Shown here: in pieces, positions 40,885-52,443 of the stretch
How the letters are laid out: every line of letters begins with the position of its first letter
Numbering within the stretch: the stretch's first letter is position 1
Assembly: GCA_951406725.2 (NCBI GenBank)
Contig: OX597816.1
Coordinates: 20,770,001-20,834,000 of the forward strand
Length of the DNA: 64,000 nucleotides
Direction: 5' to 3'
Source: Octopus vulgaris
Lineage: Eukaryota
Notes under the pieces: generated by a model
What the model was told of the DNA's origin: nothing
What the model saw: the letters and a program-made list of their open reading frames with translations, nothing else
The model's database searches: none
Program-made: the position numbers and the translations under genes

Positions 40885-41405
40885 ATATATATATATATAA
40901 AACTGTAGTTGTGTGAGTGTCTGTCCCCTTCGATTTAGATTTCTAACTCCTCCCACATTTTGCGGTGCAGTTTAACCAAATTCGGGTATCTTATAGTCGT
41001 GATTAATATCGAGCCCGTCTGGCTATTAGCGCGCGTCTACGATGAGTCTACGATTTTAAAAATAAATTAACATCATTTTTTTATTTCATTTTAATGCATA
41101 ATTTTTCGTGTGTCGATGGCGGCGGAGTTGGCGTCCACGCTGAAACACTTGCACCTGTGTTTGCTTCTCCCCCTTCTTCCCTCCCGCGTGAAGCTGTGGG
41201 GAAGGGAGTGTAAGGAAATCAACGTCGCAATGCGTTGTCAAGGAGAACAGCGTTCTTTTAGAACAACGATTTCATGGCTTGAAGACACCAAAACAGAAAT
41301 TGCTAAGAAAGCCCGAATTGGCATCTATAAGGGAAGTAACTCTCTAAAAATGCTTATATAGTTATTTCCCTTACAAACCCGAGCAACACCGGGCGATACT
41401 GCTAG
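40885..41405 (+). mobile_element. Non-autonomous Helitron
   Basis: Absent from the paralogous TA-run sites at ~4780 and ~14600. Has a 3' hairpin CCCG-AGCAACAC-CGGG followed by CTAG|T. Confidence 0.7.
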
Positions 41406-41744
41406 TATGTATATAAAGATGGGATAGTCTTGCCTGGCACACCTCCTCAATGACAGCTGAAATATTAATAACAACCCCTCAATACAACACCGGAAGTGAA
41501 TGAGACCGGAACTAGTATCTCTTGGTTTGAAGTAAACTTCTCCCTTTACAACGAACCGACCAGTATGTGATCGTTCGATTTGCTAGAAGTAGCAACCAAA
41601 TCGAAGCATTCGAAGTTGACGAAGAAAATGTCAGTTGCTTAAATATATATTTGCTTTTGATCCATATACATAGTTTGAATATAATGCATCGGTCGAGGGT
41701 GCGATGCTCTGGTCACAGGTCAGTCAGATTCATGCACCGTGACC

Positions 41745-42064
41745 TGCTACCCACCAGCCAGTCACTAGCCAACACTGCTGATAAGTGATTAGCCGCGCCC
41801 CCTATCTTGGTGACGTCACTTGTCTTAGGCCTTTACTTTATGCAATGATAAGAACGTATGTTACTCTTCAACCTACAATATCTATAGATACTTACAAATA
41901 ATTGATTTAAAGATATTAGAAATATTTGAAACTAGGAAATGTAAGGATTGAATGTGTTTACAATATAGCAGGTAATTAAGTGTGATTGGAATAAATAATT
42001 TACACATCAGTGGGTGTAATATTAACTTGTGTAAAGATAGTCTGTGGTAAAACAGCTAAAATTT
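41745..42064 (+). promoter_or_regulatory. Intact U2 promoter now facing retrotransposon copy A
   Basis: Same conserved upstream block as the intact genes (TGACGTCA at 41811). Confidence 0.8.
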
Positions 42065-42078
42065 ATCGCTTCTCGGCC
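42065..42078 (+). pseudogene. U2: U2 nt 1-14 stub (5' junction / TSD)
   Basis: ATCGCTTCTCGGCC followed directly by the element. Confidence 0.9.
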
Positions 42079-42350
42079 ATCGCTACGTGGTGTTTTTTGA
42101 ATTTTTCCTCGGTTTATACCAATATTTTCTGTTGCTGCAAATCGTTGTGTGAGTTCGTTTCCGTTTGTCTACTTTGTCGTGTTACACGTAATATCATTGT
42201 TGAACTGTTTTTGACCCAGTAATTTTCGCCCTTCGGGGTAGAAAATTTATGTGGGTTTTTTTTTTTTTTTGTGAAATCTTAACCTGTATAGGTTATTTTT
42301 GGAAAAAAAAAAATTCTCTTGTCATTTGTGACAAGTTTGTGTTGTCTAAT

Positions 42351-43858
42351 ATGGAATTAGACTTAAGTTCAAAAAAAGACTTTCCCGAGATGGGAGAAAG
42401 TATAACAACTGTTAAACAAAAGGAAACACAGACAAAACCCAGTTTTTCAGACGCCGTAGGTGGCGAAGTCGAAGAAATGGAGGTGTCAATGGAAAGATTA
42501 TTCAAGTTTAGATCGCTGGTGCAAAAAAGTGGTGAAGAAACACGATTGGTACCGCCCCCCGAAACTATACAAGCAATAAAGGAAAAAATGGTCACCTACA
42601 GGGTGTACAATATCAAGGAAAAACGAATGACCGACGTGAAAAACGAAATGGTCGAAAAGTGTATGGCTCCAATATGGAGTAAAGTTAGTCATGTCAACCG
42701 AGGTGCAAGAAGCGCTACAGTGGAGGCGCATTTTGAAACGGCGGAAGTAGCAAGGCAAATTTCGACACAAACGTTGAAAAACGAGAGTATAATACTGCTA
42801 CCCCTATATTTAGGATGCAGAACCGCAAAAGTGACCCTAGAAGATATACCAACGGGCTACGACGTGATGTGGGCGGCAACAGCGGTCATTTTTGATGTTG
42901 AATCAAAATTGACAATTTTAAGTATGAAGAGAAAAATTGCAAAACACTGGAGAGGCCAGCAGCTGGAGATGATAATCCAGGCGGAAAATGCGACGTTGGA
43001 AAGCCTACCAGACAGAGTCTTCGTGGGGGAGGGGCACTCCATACGAGTTTCGGTGGAAGGACGCAGGGCCAGATGTTTTAAGTGCGGGCAAAAGGGCCAC
43101 GTTCGCTCCGTTTGCACAAAAAAAAATAATGCGGGCAACGCCCCCCACAAAACGCTGTGAAGAACGCAGAAAGCAGCAAAGTGGAGAAAAAAGTAACGGC
43201 TGGCGAAAACAAGGAGGAAAAAATAAACAGGTCGAACTCCAAAAAGGAGGAAGACAAGAACGAAATGCAAAATGAGAAAGGAAAGGATGAGGAAAATAAT
43301 GCAACAAAAACAAATAAACAAGAAGACATGGAATTTACGAACGTGTCCAACAAAAGGAAAAAATCCATCACCCCTGACTCCCCACCCGTATCAAAAAAAA
43401 AAAACAACGCAGACGAACAAATTAAAAATATTCTCCAATCCCACCCCGGCGGTACTACACTTATAGGCCAGCACTTTAACAAACCCCACCCCCCAACTGT
43501 AAAAGGGTTTAAACCCAACGAAAAAATTATTGCATACACCACAAAGAACGTGAGAGTAGAAACATGGGTGAAAGCAAGTACGCTGATCAGGTGCTACAAA
43601 GCGACCGAGAAGGAAGCGGAGTGGCGATATGGAAGGGTCGGCGAAGAAGGATGGAAAGACAAAACCTTACAAAGCTACGTAAAAGCCGGCTTCAATAAGG
43701 ATGTCACCCAGGAGGTGACAACTGGGAAATTACCCGTTAGCCCGGCAGCCACACCAACCCAGAGCCCGGTGGCAACGCCGGTGAAACACCCAGCAGCAAT
43801 GGCGAGTGGGGTGGAGACAGGCAGAAAGAATCTGTCAGGCTCCCTCTCGCAACCGTGA
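42351..43858 (+). CDS. ORF1 nucleic-acid-binding protein (~500 aa; one frameshift in the C run at ~43141)
   Basis: CCHC knuckle [14 protein letters not shown] and a K/E-rich linker; split across track ORFs 42249-43160 and 43157-43858. Confidence 0.85.
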
Positions 43859-43881
43859 GTAAATATTTTTCTTTTTTCTCG

Positions 43882-46800
43882 ATGATTAAGTTAGGTTGTA
43901 TAAATGTGCGTGGAATGGGATCGAAATGGAAACAGGCTTGTTTTCGTGACGACATCATTTCACTTAGAATCGATGTAGCTATTGTTACCGAGTCCAAGAT
44001 GAAGGGACCCCAAGCGTTCTCACCACTTCTCAATGGTTACGAGAAATTTATTTCTCCTAGCCGAGGGGGAGGTGCAGGCGTGGCAGTTCTTTTCAGGAAG
44101 AACTTGGACTTACAGGTAAGTACTGTCTTTTTGGACCCAGAAGGTAGGCTGGTTGTCCTAGATGTGACGCACGTGAGTAAGCAGTCCTTCAGGTTGGTGG
44201 CTGTCTACGCTCCTAACGGACGTGGGCAGACCGGTTTTTATCGGGAACTGGAGCACTTTCTAGTGACGTCCAAAACGGTAGTCTTGGTAGGGGATTTCAA
44301 CACCATTCTCGATGCGCGGGTGGATGGTGTAGGCTCGAGCGATAGGAAGGGGAATCCTGGCCTCAAGGCTCTACTAGCGAGCTTTAATCTAGTAGACCGT
44401 TTTCGACTGGATGAGCCGAACGTTCCACAGTGGACGTGGAGTAATAACGACGGCTCACTCAGATCGTACATAGATAGAGTATTCGTTAAGGAACGAGATA
44501 GGAATAGTGTTAGCTGTCCACAATTCTCTGTTGTGCCTTACACGGATCACAAACTTGTAACGTGTGAGGTACATGTAGATAAATGACATAGACAAGGTCC
44601 CGGGTACTGGAAGATGAACAAGTCTATTTTGACCTGTGAAGCTTTCCGTACCCGGATTAAGGAATTAGTACAGAGGGCATTATGTGGCACCATCATTAAT
44701 AATAGATGGTGGCTCGCCCTCAAAAGAGCCATCCGTTTGGAGTCCATTAGATTTAGCAAGCAGCTAAGTTTAGATAGGACTAGAATAGAGGGCGAATTAG
44801 TTAAGAACTTAGACGAGGCTATGGAATCTGGCTGTGCATCCGGAGTGCTGGCAGCGAGAGCGGTATTGTACCGTCACCTCAACGCCAAGCACGAGGGGTG
44901 TAGAGTCAGAGCTAAGTTACGTGCAGGAAAACGAGAAGGTATTAACGTTGCCGGATGGGCCCGTCGTGAGGAGAGTCAGAAGGGCAAAAAGTCCTGTATT
45001 ATGTCCTTAACTGACGAGCAGGACCGCAAGATCTATGGACAGGAGGAGATGCAGAAGGTCCTTCACCAGCATTTCGCACGGCTGTTTGGGGGCGGTGGTC
45101 CGCTCGAGCGTGGGGAGACCTTAAAGGACTTCCTAGCTGGTGGGCCTCGGCTCTCGGCAGGTGAGGCGGAGTGCTGTGAAGGATCGATCTCTCCCGCGGA
45201 GGTAAGAGGGGTTATGGCCGAGTGCGCCGGGGAAAAGTCGCCGGGATTGGATGGTCTACCCTATGAATTTTATTGTTGTATGCCGGACTTGTTCGGGGAC
45301 ATACTGCGCTATGCAAACTGGCAACAGAATGGGAGGATTCCCAGCTCTGTGAGTCGGGGAGTTGTGACGCTGGTCCAGAAAGACCCGAGCAAGGGGGACA
45401 GTATTAGTAATTACAGGCCCATAACTCTACTTAATGTAGAGTTTAAGATTTTGGCCAAGGTGTTAGCAAAAAGGTTGACGGCTGTCGTGAAGAAACTTGT
45501 CGGGAAGGCACAGACATGTGCAATCCCAGGCAGGTCGATCCAGGATAATCTTCACCTTCTCCGCTACACTATAGATAGGGTCGGGAAATTAGACGGCAAA
45601 GGAGGGGCATTGGTCCATTTAGACCAAAGTAAAGCGTTTGATAGGGTGGACCATCGGTACTTGGCGGCGGTTCTCGAAGCGGCTGGGCTGGGCCCTGGCT
45701 TCTGCAGGTGGATCTCAGCTATGTACAGCGGCATCAAGTCCACAGTCCAGATAAACGGTTACCTAACGGAGCCGTTTTCGATCAAGCGTTCAGTTCGACA
45801 AGGGTGCCCCTTGTCCCCGCTCCTGTATGTTTTGGCTCTTGAGCCATTGCTGCGGAAGCTGGAGAAGTTGGGAGGCAACCCTAATGAAATCGGATGCGGT
45901 AAGTCTGTTTCTGCCTATGCGGATGACGTCACCCTCATCGTGTCCAACGGAACACAGCTACCTCGAGTAGTAGGTGCTCTCCATAGATACGAAGCGGTGG
46001 CAGGGGCAAAAGTTAACAGGGACAAGTCCATCGGTTTGCGCCTCGGCACCTGGAGGAACAAGCAGATACCGTCCAGTGTTGTTGGACACTGGACGGATGG
46101 TCCTGTTAAATTGCTCGGAGTCTGGTTTGGTCCAGACTCCCAGACAGAGAAGAATTGGAGCGAGGTAACGAGCAAGGTGGATGCCATAGTACGGAAGTGG
46201 TCCGGAAGGCATCTTTCCTTGAAAGGAAGGGCGGAGGTGGCACAGATGTTTATAGCCTCTGTCGTCACCTACCGCCTGACCGTCGTGCCTTGCCCCGATT
46301 CGTGGTTAAACAAGTTGGAACGACTTCTTTTCCGCTTTTTGTGGAAAGGAGGAAAGCCACTTGTGAGACGCTCCGTGTGTTGCCAGGAACCGCTAAAGGG
46401 TGGACTGGGGATGCCTTGGCTAATGATGCGCAAGCATGCGTTGAGGCTAAGACACCTCTGGTGTTACCTGGAGGATGATAAGGTGTGGAGTTCGCTGGCA
46501 GAGGAATTCTTCCCGCGACCGGCCTCTATGGAGGGATTTACACCCGGTCTCATTAAAGGACGTAAACTGACTTCATGGCAGAAGGAGTGCCGACAGGCAC
46601 TCTGGCTGATCCACAAGATGGGTAAGGCCGGCAGCGGGAATACCACCTCGGTGTTCTATAAAGGGCTGGTAGGAGGAAAAAATGACGACGTCCTAGGAAG
46701 GGCTCTGGGGTTCGATGAGGATCAACTCTCCAACCTGTTTAAGAAGACTTTCAGGCCGGGGTATTTGGATAATTACCAAAAATCCCTGACCTGGCAGTGC

Positions 46801-47265
46801 TATAGGAATGCATTACCTGTTCGCGAGAAGTTATCCAGGCACGGAATGTCAGTGCCACCGACGTGTCCAAGATGTGGGTTGGACGATGAAACCGTTCAAC
46901 ACGCTTTTGTACAATGTCGGGAGCTGTCAGGCTTGATAAGTTACGTGGAACACGTGTTGTCGCATCTGGGACGAGTACAGCTGTCGGCTGGATCTATGAT
47001 TAAGATGATACCGCCAACTGGACTCTCAAAGGAAGGTAAGGCTTGTTTTTACTGTACGGTGGCAGTATTGAAAGAGTGTGTATGGAGAACTAGAGTGGAA
47101 GGTCTAGTGAAAGGGTCCTTTATCTCTGGCCCCGGTTTGTTAAAATACTTCGGATATCATCTGAAGAGCAAGATGGGGTTGGAGAAGAGGAGCCTGCCAC
47201 AGAAAGAGTATATGGAACGTTGGAAGGATGTGATGAGAAAGGTGGGTGAGAGTAACCCAGCTTGA
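43882..47265 (+). CDS. ORF2 APE endonuclease-reverse transcriptase-zinc finger (in-frame TGA at 44584-44586)
   Basis: NVRG, VYAP, GDFN, IDR and TDH (APE); PGLDG, YRPITLLN, KAFD, QGCPLSP and YADD (RT); CPRC...HAFVQC. Confidence 0.92.
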
Positions 47266-47621
47266 TCATCGAGGAAAAGAAAAATCAGCTGCTGGGATTT
47301 ATAGGCTGCCGGGTTCAAAATTGAAACTGGTACCTCCCATTACCTTTCACTGTACATAACTGTTTAAAATAAAGAATTAATAATAAAAAAAAAAGAAATG
47401 AAAAGAAAACATACGCACTAAAAGTTCTCGTGATAAAGGCAAAAGTAAGCCAAGGTTTCGTTTCAAGGCAAAGTAAGCCAAGTTTTCGTTCAAGTGACAT
47501 AAAATTTTAATTTTGTAATTTTTTAAATTTCATTCGAACTCGCATAGCATTTTTGTAACTGTTTTGTCCTGTAATGTATCCATTCTATGTTAGATCTATT
47601 GATCATAATAAAGAAAATTTT

Positions 47622-47813
47622 ATCGCTTCTCGGCCTTTTGGCTAAGATCAAAGTGTAGTATCTGTTCTTATCAGCTTAATATCTGATACGGTCCCTATTT
47701 GGGGCCATCGATATTAAACTGATTTTTAGAACGAGGCGAAGTGTTAGGGGCTTGCTCCGCCTTTGCCACGGGTTGTCCTGGTATTGCAGTGCTTCCAGGA
47801 TTCAGCCCACTCC
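47622..47813 (+). ncRNA. U2: U2 copy 12, sequence intact but promoterless
   Basis: Consensus U2 immediately after the element 3' end. Confidence 0.9.
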
Positions 47814-48344
47814 CACCCGGGAGACACAAATTAAATCTAAAATCAGATATGTTGCTACAGTCTCCTTTTTTTTTTCATCATCTCAGTGGGTTTTCCGTTA
47901 GTTGTCGTTGCTAAAGAACTTCCTCGCCGTCAGCAAGCGGTTCACGTTCGATCCCAACTCAACACCACGGCTTTTGTCCTCTTTGCTTCCTTATTTCAAA
48001 TCCCGTATCGCTTACACACCAACCCCTACCAGGTTCAGTGCCTTCAGAGAACTCCCTTTTTTCTTTCAAGAGGTTGATTCAGGTCTCCCCTTTAAGTATA
48101 CTTTTCCTTCTCTCTCCTTCACACCAGTCTCAGGTGCCAATCAAAGTCACACGGAAACTGCATTTCCACTTCACTACAACAAAGTATGACAACAGCAAAA
48201 ACAATGTAGATGCACAGAAGAAGTGATATTCCCTATCTATCAACCTACTAGAAATAACAGCTAACAGACAGGATCAATTGGTAGGAATTCCAGTATCTTC
48301 CACCAATAGTACTTACTAGTATAGTCTTTGAAAGAAAACAGCAG

Positions 48345-49068
48345 GGATCTTTTCCTTTTGAACGGCAGTTTTCAAAATAATTTCCAGTTAACTAAACACT
48401 TTTAAATTCGGTAGAATGTGTCAAAATAAAACATTTTTTTCTTTTGGCTTTCTTGAGAAAATTGTAATTTGTAAGTTTAACGTCGTTTAATTTTTCGAAT
48501 TTTAACCAATCGATGGCCTCTATTTAGCTAAAATCATTTGCTGCGTCTAAAACTGAGACAACATCCTGTCGCTGTTATGTTTACGTTCGGAAAGCGAGTG
48601 TATAAAATTATAGAATTATTTTGTTTGTTAATTGTCTAAATTGTTTTCCATTGCTTTCGTTTCAGCCTTTTTTTTTCTTAAGCGATGGAAAATAGTTTAA
48701 ACAATACACGTGTATCTCAAAAGAAAATGAATAATTTTAGACACACGTGTAACAATTAGATTAATTTAACAATTAAAAAGAAAAAAAAACGAACAGCTAA
48801 ATTTTAGGGTTTGAGTTAGTGTAGGGTTAGGGTTAGTCAGTGACGGGTGTTGTCTCAGTTTTAGACGCAGCAAATGACTTTAGCTCAATAGATCGTTTGT
48901 CTAAAATTCAAAAATTAAACTACGTTAAACTTATAAATTACAATTTTCTCAAGAGGACCAAAAGAAAAAAAATGTTTTCTTTTGACATATTCTACCAGTA
49001 TACGAAGTTTAAAAGTCTTTAGTTAACTAGAAATGATGTTGAAAACTGCCATTCAAAGGAAAAGATCC
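48345..49068. mobile_element. MITE with TSD AACAGCAG
   Basis: TIRs and TSD are visible. Confidence 0.85.
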
Positions 49069-50246
49069 AACAGCAGATGCGATTGTAACGGGTGGGAGGT
49101 CTTGAAATCACTATAATCGCCAGTATGTATTTCCGTCTCCAACGCCAGACTAATACCCATACAGCCCCTAATCACTTCAAAAAGATTTTGGTATCGCCAG
49201 ATTTATATAACTGTAAACAATAATATATGATAAATCCAATTTTTACTTTTCAAAATCAAATAAAACTAACAGAAAGATGGAAAATAATCCCTTCCACTGA
49301 AAGCAAAAGGCCTTGAAATTTTGGGGGATGGGACTACTCGATTACAAAGACCTCAGCTTCCACTGTACTAAATATATTACTGCAAATAGCAGCTAACTGA
49401 CCACCAACAAATCGACCAAATGATTGCAACGTTATTTGCTCAATGAGAACTGAAATGTTAACTTCACCACAGTCCAGTTTCACTCACAACGTTCACCTGA
49501 CGCTATTGTAAAGAATATTTTACCTATTGTAAAGGATATTTTACCGAGTACCTATTTGTTTGAAGCAAACTTGATATTTAACAACGAACCAATCGCTACT
49601 TGGTCGCCCGACTGATTCACCGTGACCTGCTACCCACCAGCCAGACACTAGCCAACACTGCTGATAAGTGATTAGCCGCGCCCCCTATCATGGTGACGTC
49701 ACTTGTCTGAGACGTTTACTTTACGCAATGGTAAGAACATATATGACCATTCAACATACAATATCTATATTAAATTAATATCCAATTTTATTAAATTAAT
49801 ATCCAATTTTTTCACCCGTATTTTGACTTTAATTATAAAATAATATGTTCTCAAACCGGCAGTAAATTACTTATGCAGTATTTATATCCGGGAAATTAGC
49901 GCGCCTTAACGAGGGCATTTGAATGTAACTGTGAATATAATCGGCCGAACTGTTAGCCTCAATCCAACCTCGTGTTGATAGCTTCCGTGCAGTTCGACAA
50001 ATTTTATTTTTGACGTACTCTACTGATGAATCGAAGATATTTAAGTAAGAAAAATAACATAATTTATTAACGATGAAATAATTGCATAGAGTTAATCGAT
50101 ATTTTCGTTATTTTTCATTTGTCCTGCTCGCTTACATTCTTGGTGTGTTAAATTATTCCTTGAGAACAATTCTTTGGTGGTAGATTCCCTTTGCGGATCT
50201 ATAACTAGCGTTAGAGCGTCCACATAGTGGATTCTCTCTCATAGTT

Positions 50247-50282
<36 letters not shown>

Positions 50283-50298
50283 CCATATATATATATAT

Positions 50299-50747
50299 GG
50301 CATATGCAAAAAATTATTGTATACAGTGGTCAAGTGCACTACAACTAAAAAAAAGCCATCAGGTGTACTGTTGGAGGATTTCAGGAAGGTTTGAAGAATT
50401 TGGTGTCTCTAAGGCAAACGACTGATGCTTCAACAATTCTGAGCGTGAAAAAATGTTTCCGAAAGTCATGGGTGATGTTTTGTTTTATGATTTTGTGAGC
50501 CTGTCCACGAGTGTTTAACATATGGAGTTTAAAATGATGCCCAAATTTGTTGGAATGTGGTGGGTGTTCTTGTTTTTATAACTATCCAGAAGGATAGACA
50601 TTTCGTTGAGAACAATACAATTAGTTGGTGGTCTTCTTATTTTAATACTAGCTGTTGGGAAATAGAAGATGTTAGAAAGGTCAAGTGGGGAAGACATTAT
50701 TTCGGTTTCGCTAAAGCAATCTGGCAAATGTAAAACTGCTGTCAAAG
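50299..50747 (-). mobile_element. CR1-like LINE 3' fragment
   Basis: Duplicate of 40205-40653. Confidence 0.6.
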
Positions 50748-50978
50748 AAAAACTCTTGTTTTACCATTGAACCCTATCAATAGCCATACCCTTGAAATTT
50801 ATGACCATAAGCCCTACTATTTGCTTGTTTAGCCAGAGTGAAGAAGGAAGCCCCTATTCAGTCTTTTCACTTACTAGAAATAGCAGCTAACTCCCCACTA
50901 ACTCTACCAAACGAAACTCCAACGCCTTAAAATAAACAAAATAAACGAATGATAAGTGTACGTCAGACAATATTCTCG

Positions 50979-51499
50979 ATATATATATATATAAAACTGT
51001 AGTTGTGTGAGTGTCTGTCCCCTTCGATTTAGATTTCTAACTCCTCCCACATTTTGCGGTGCAGTTTAACCAAATTCGGGTATCTTATAGTCGTGATTAA
51101 TATCGAGCCCGTCTGGCTATTAGCGCGCGTCTACGATGAGTCTACGATTTTAAAAATAATTTAACATCATTTTTTTATTTCATTTTAATGCATAATTTTT
51201 CGTGTGTCGATGGCGGCGGAGTTGGCGTCCACGCTGAAACACTTGCACCTGTGTTTGCTTCTCCCCCTTCTTCCCTCCCGCGTGAAGCTGTGGGGAAGGG
51301 AGTGTAAGGAAATCAACGTCGCAATGCGTTGTCAAGGAGAACAGCGTTCTTTTAGAACAACGATTTCATGGCTTGAAGACACCAAAACAGAAATTGCTAA
51401 GAAAGCCCGAATTGGCATCTATAAGGGAAGTAACTCTCTAAAAATGCTTATATAGTTATTTCCCTTACAAACCCGAGCAACACCGGGCGATACTGCTAG
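50979..51499 (+). mobile_element. Non-autonomous Helitron (duplicate)
   Basis: Near-identical to 40885-41405. Confidence 0.7.
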
Positions 51500-51838
51500 T
51501 ATGTATATAAAGATGGGATAGTCTTGCCTGGCACACCTCCTCAATGACAGCTGAAATATTAATAACAACCCCTCAATACAACACCGGAAGTGAATGAGAC
51601 CGGAACTAGTATCTCTTGGTTTGAAGTAAACTTCTCCCTTTACAACGAACCGACCAGTATGTGATCGTTCGATTTGCTAGAAGTAGCAACCAAATCGAAG
51701 CATTCGAAGTTGACGAAGAAAATGTCAGTTGCTTAAATATATATTTGCTTTTGATCCATATACATAGTTTGAATATAATGCATCGGTCGAGGGTGCGATG
51801 CTCTGGTCACAGGTCAGTCAGATTCATGCACCGTGACC

Positions 51839-52158
51839 TGCTACCCACCAGCCAGTCACTAGCCAACACTGCTGATAAGTGATTAGCCGCGCCCCCTATC
51901 TTGGTGACGTCACTTGTCTGAGACGTTTACTTTACGCAATGGTAAGAACGTATGTTACTCTTCAACATACAATGTCTATAGATACTTACAAATAATTGAT
52001 TTAAAGATATTAGAAATATTTGAAACTAGGAAATGTAAGGATTGAATGTGTTTACAATATAGCAGGTAATTAAGTGTGATTGGAATAAATAATTTACACA
52101 TCAGTGGGTGTAACATTAACTTGTGTAAAGATAGTCTGTGGTAAAACAGCTAAAATTT
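51839..52158 (+). promoter_or_regulatory. Intact U2 promoter facing retrotransposon copy B
   Basis: Conserved upstream block. Confidence 0.8.
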
Positions 52159-52172
52159 ATCGCTTCTCGGCC
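52159..52172 (+). pseudogene. U2: U2 nt 1-14 stub
   Basis: ATCGCTTCTCGGCC|ATCGCTACGTGG. Confidence 0.9.
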
Positions 52173-52443
52173 ATCGCTACGTGGTGTTTTTGAATTTTTC
52201 CTCGGTTTATACCAATATTTTTCTGTTGCTGCAAATCGTTGTGTGAGTTCGTTTCCGTTTGTCTACTTTGTCGTGTTACACGTAATATCATTGTTGAACT
52301 GTTTTTGACCCAGTAATTTTCGCCCTTCGGGGTAGAAAATTTATGTGGTTTTTTTTTTTTTTTGTGAAATCTTAACCTGTATGGTTATTTTTGGAAAAAA
52401 AAAAAATTCTCTTGTCATTTGTGACAAGTTTGTGTTGTCTAAT

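Larger units (their letters stand above)
42079..47613 (+). mobile_element. U2-targeting Tx1/L1-clade non-LTR retrotransposon, full-length copy A
   Basis: 5' UTR, ORF1, ORF2, and a 3' UTR ending AATAAAG; flanked by AAAATTT(T)ATCGCTTCTCGGCC on both sides. Confidence 0.95.

Noticed and set aside
42857-43542. Antisense hydrophobic ORFs in ORF1
   Set aside because: They are a by-product of the A-rich K/E/N coding strand.
44584-44586. Programmed readthrough or selenocysteine at the TGA between APE and RT
   Set aside because: Copy C has TGC, so a single mutation copied by duplication is simpler.
47550-47621. Replacement PSE in the element 3' UTR rescuing the downstream U2
   Set aside because: Only a TGTAAT hexamer at a similar offset matches, which is expected by chance in AT-rich DNA.
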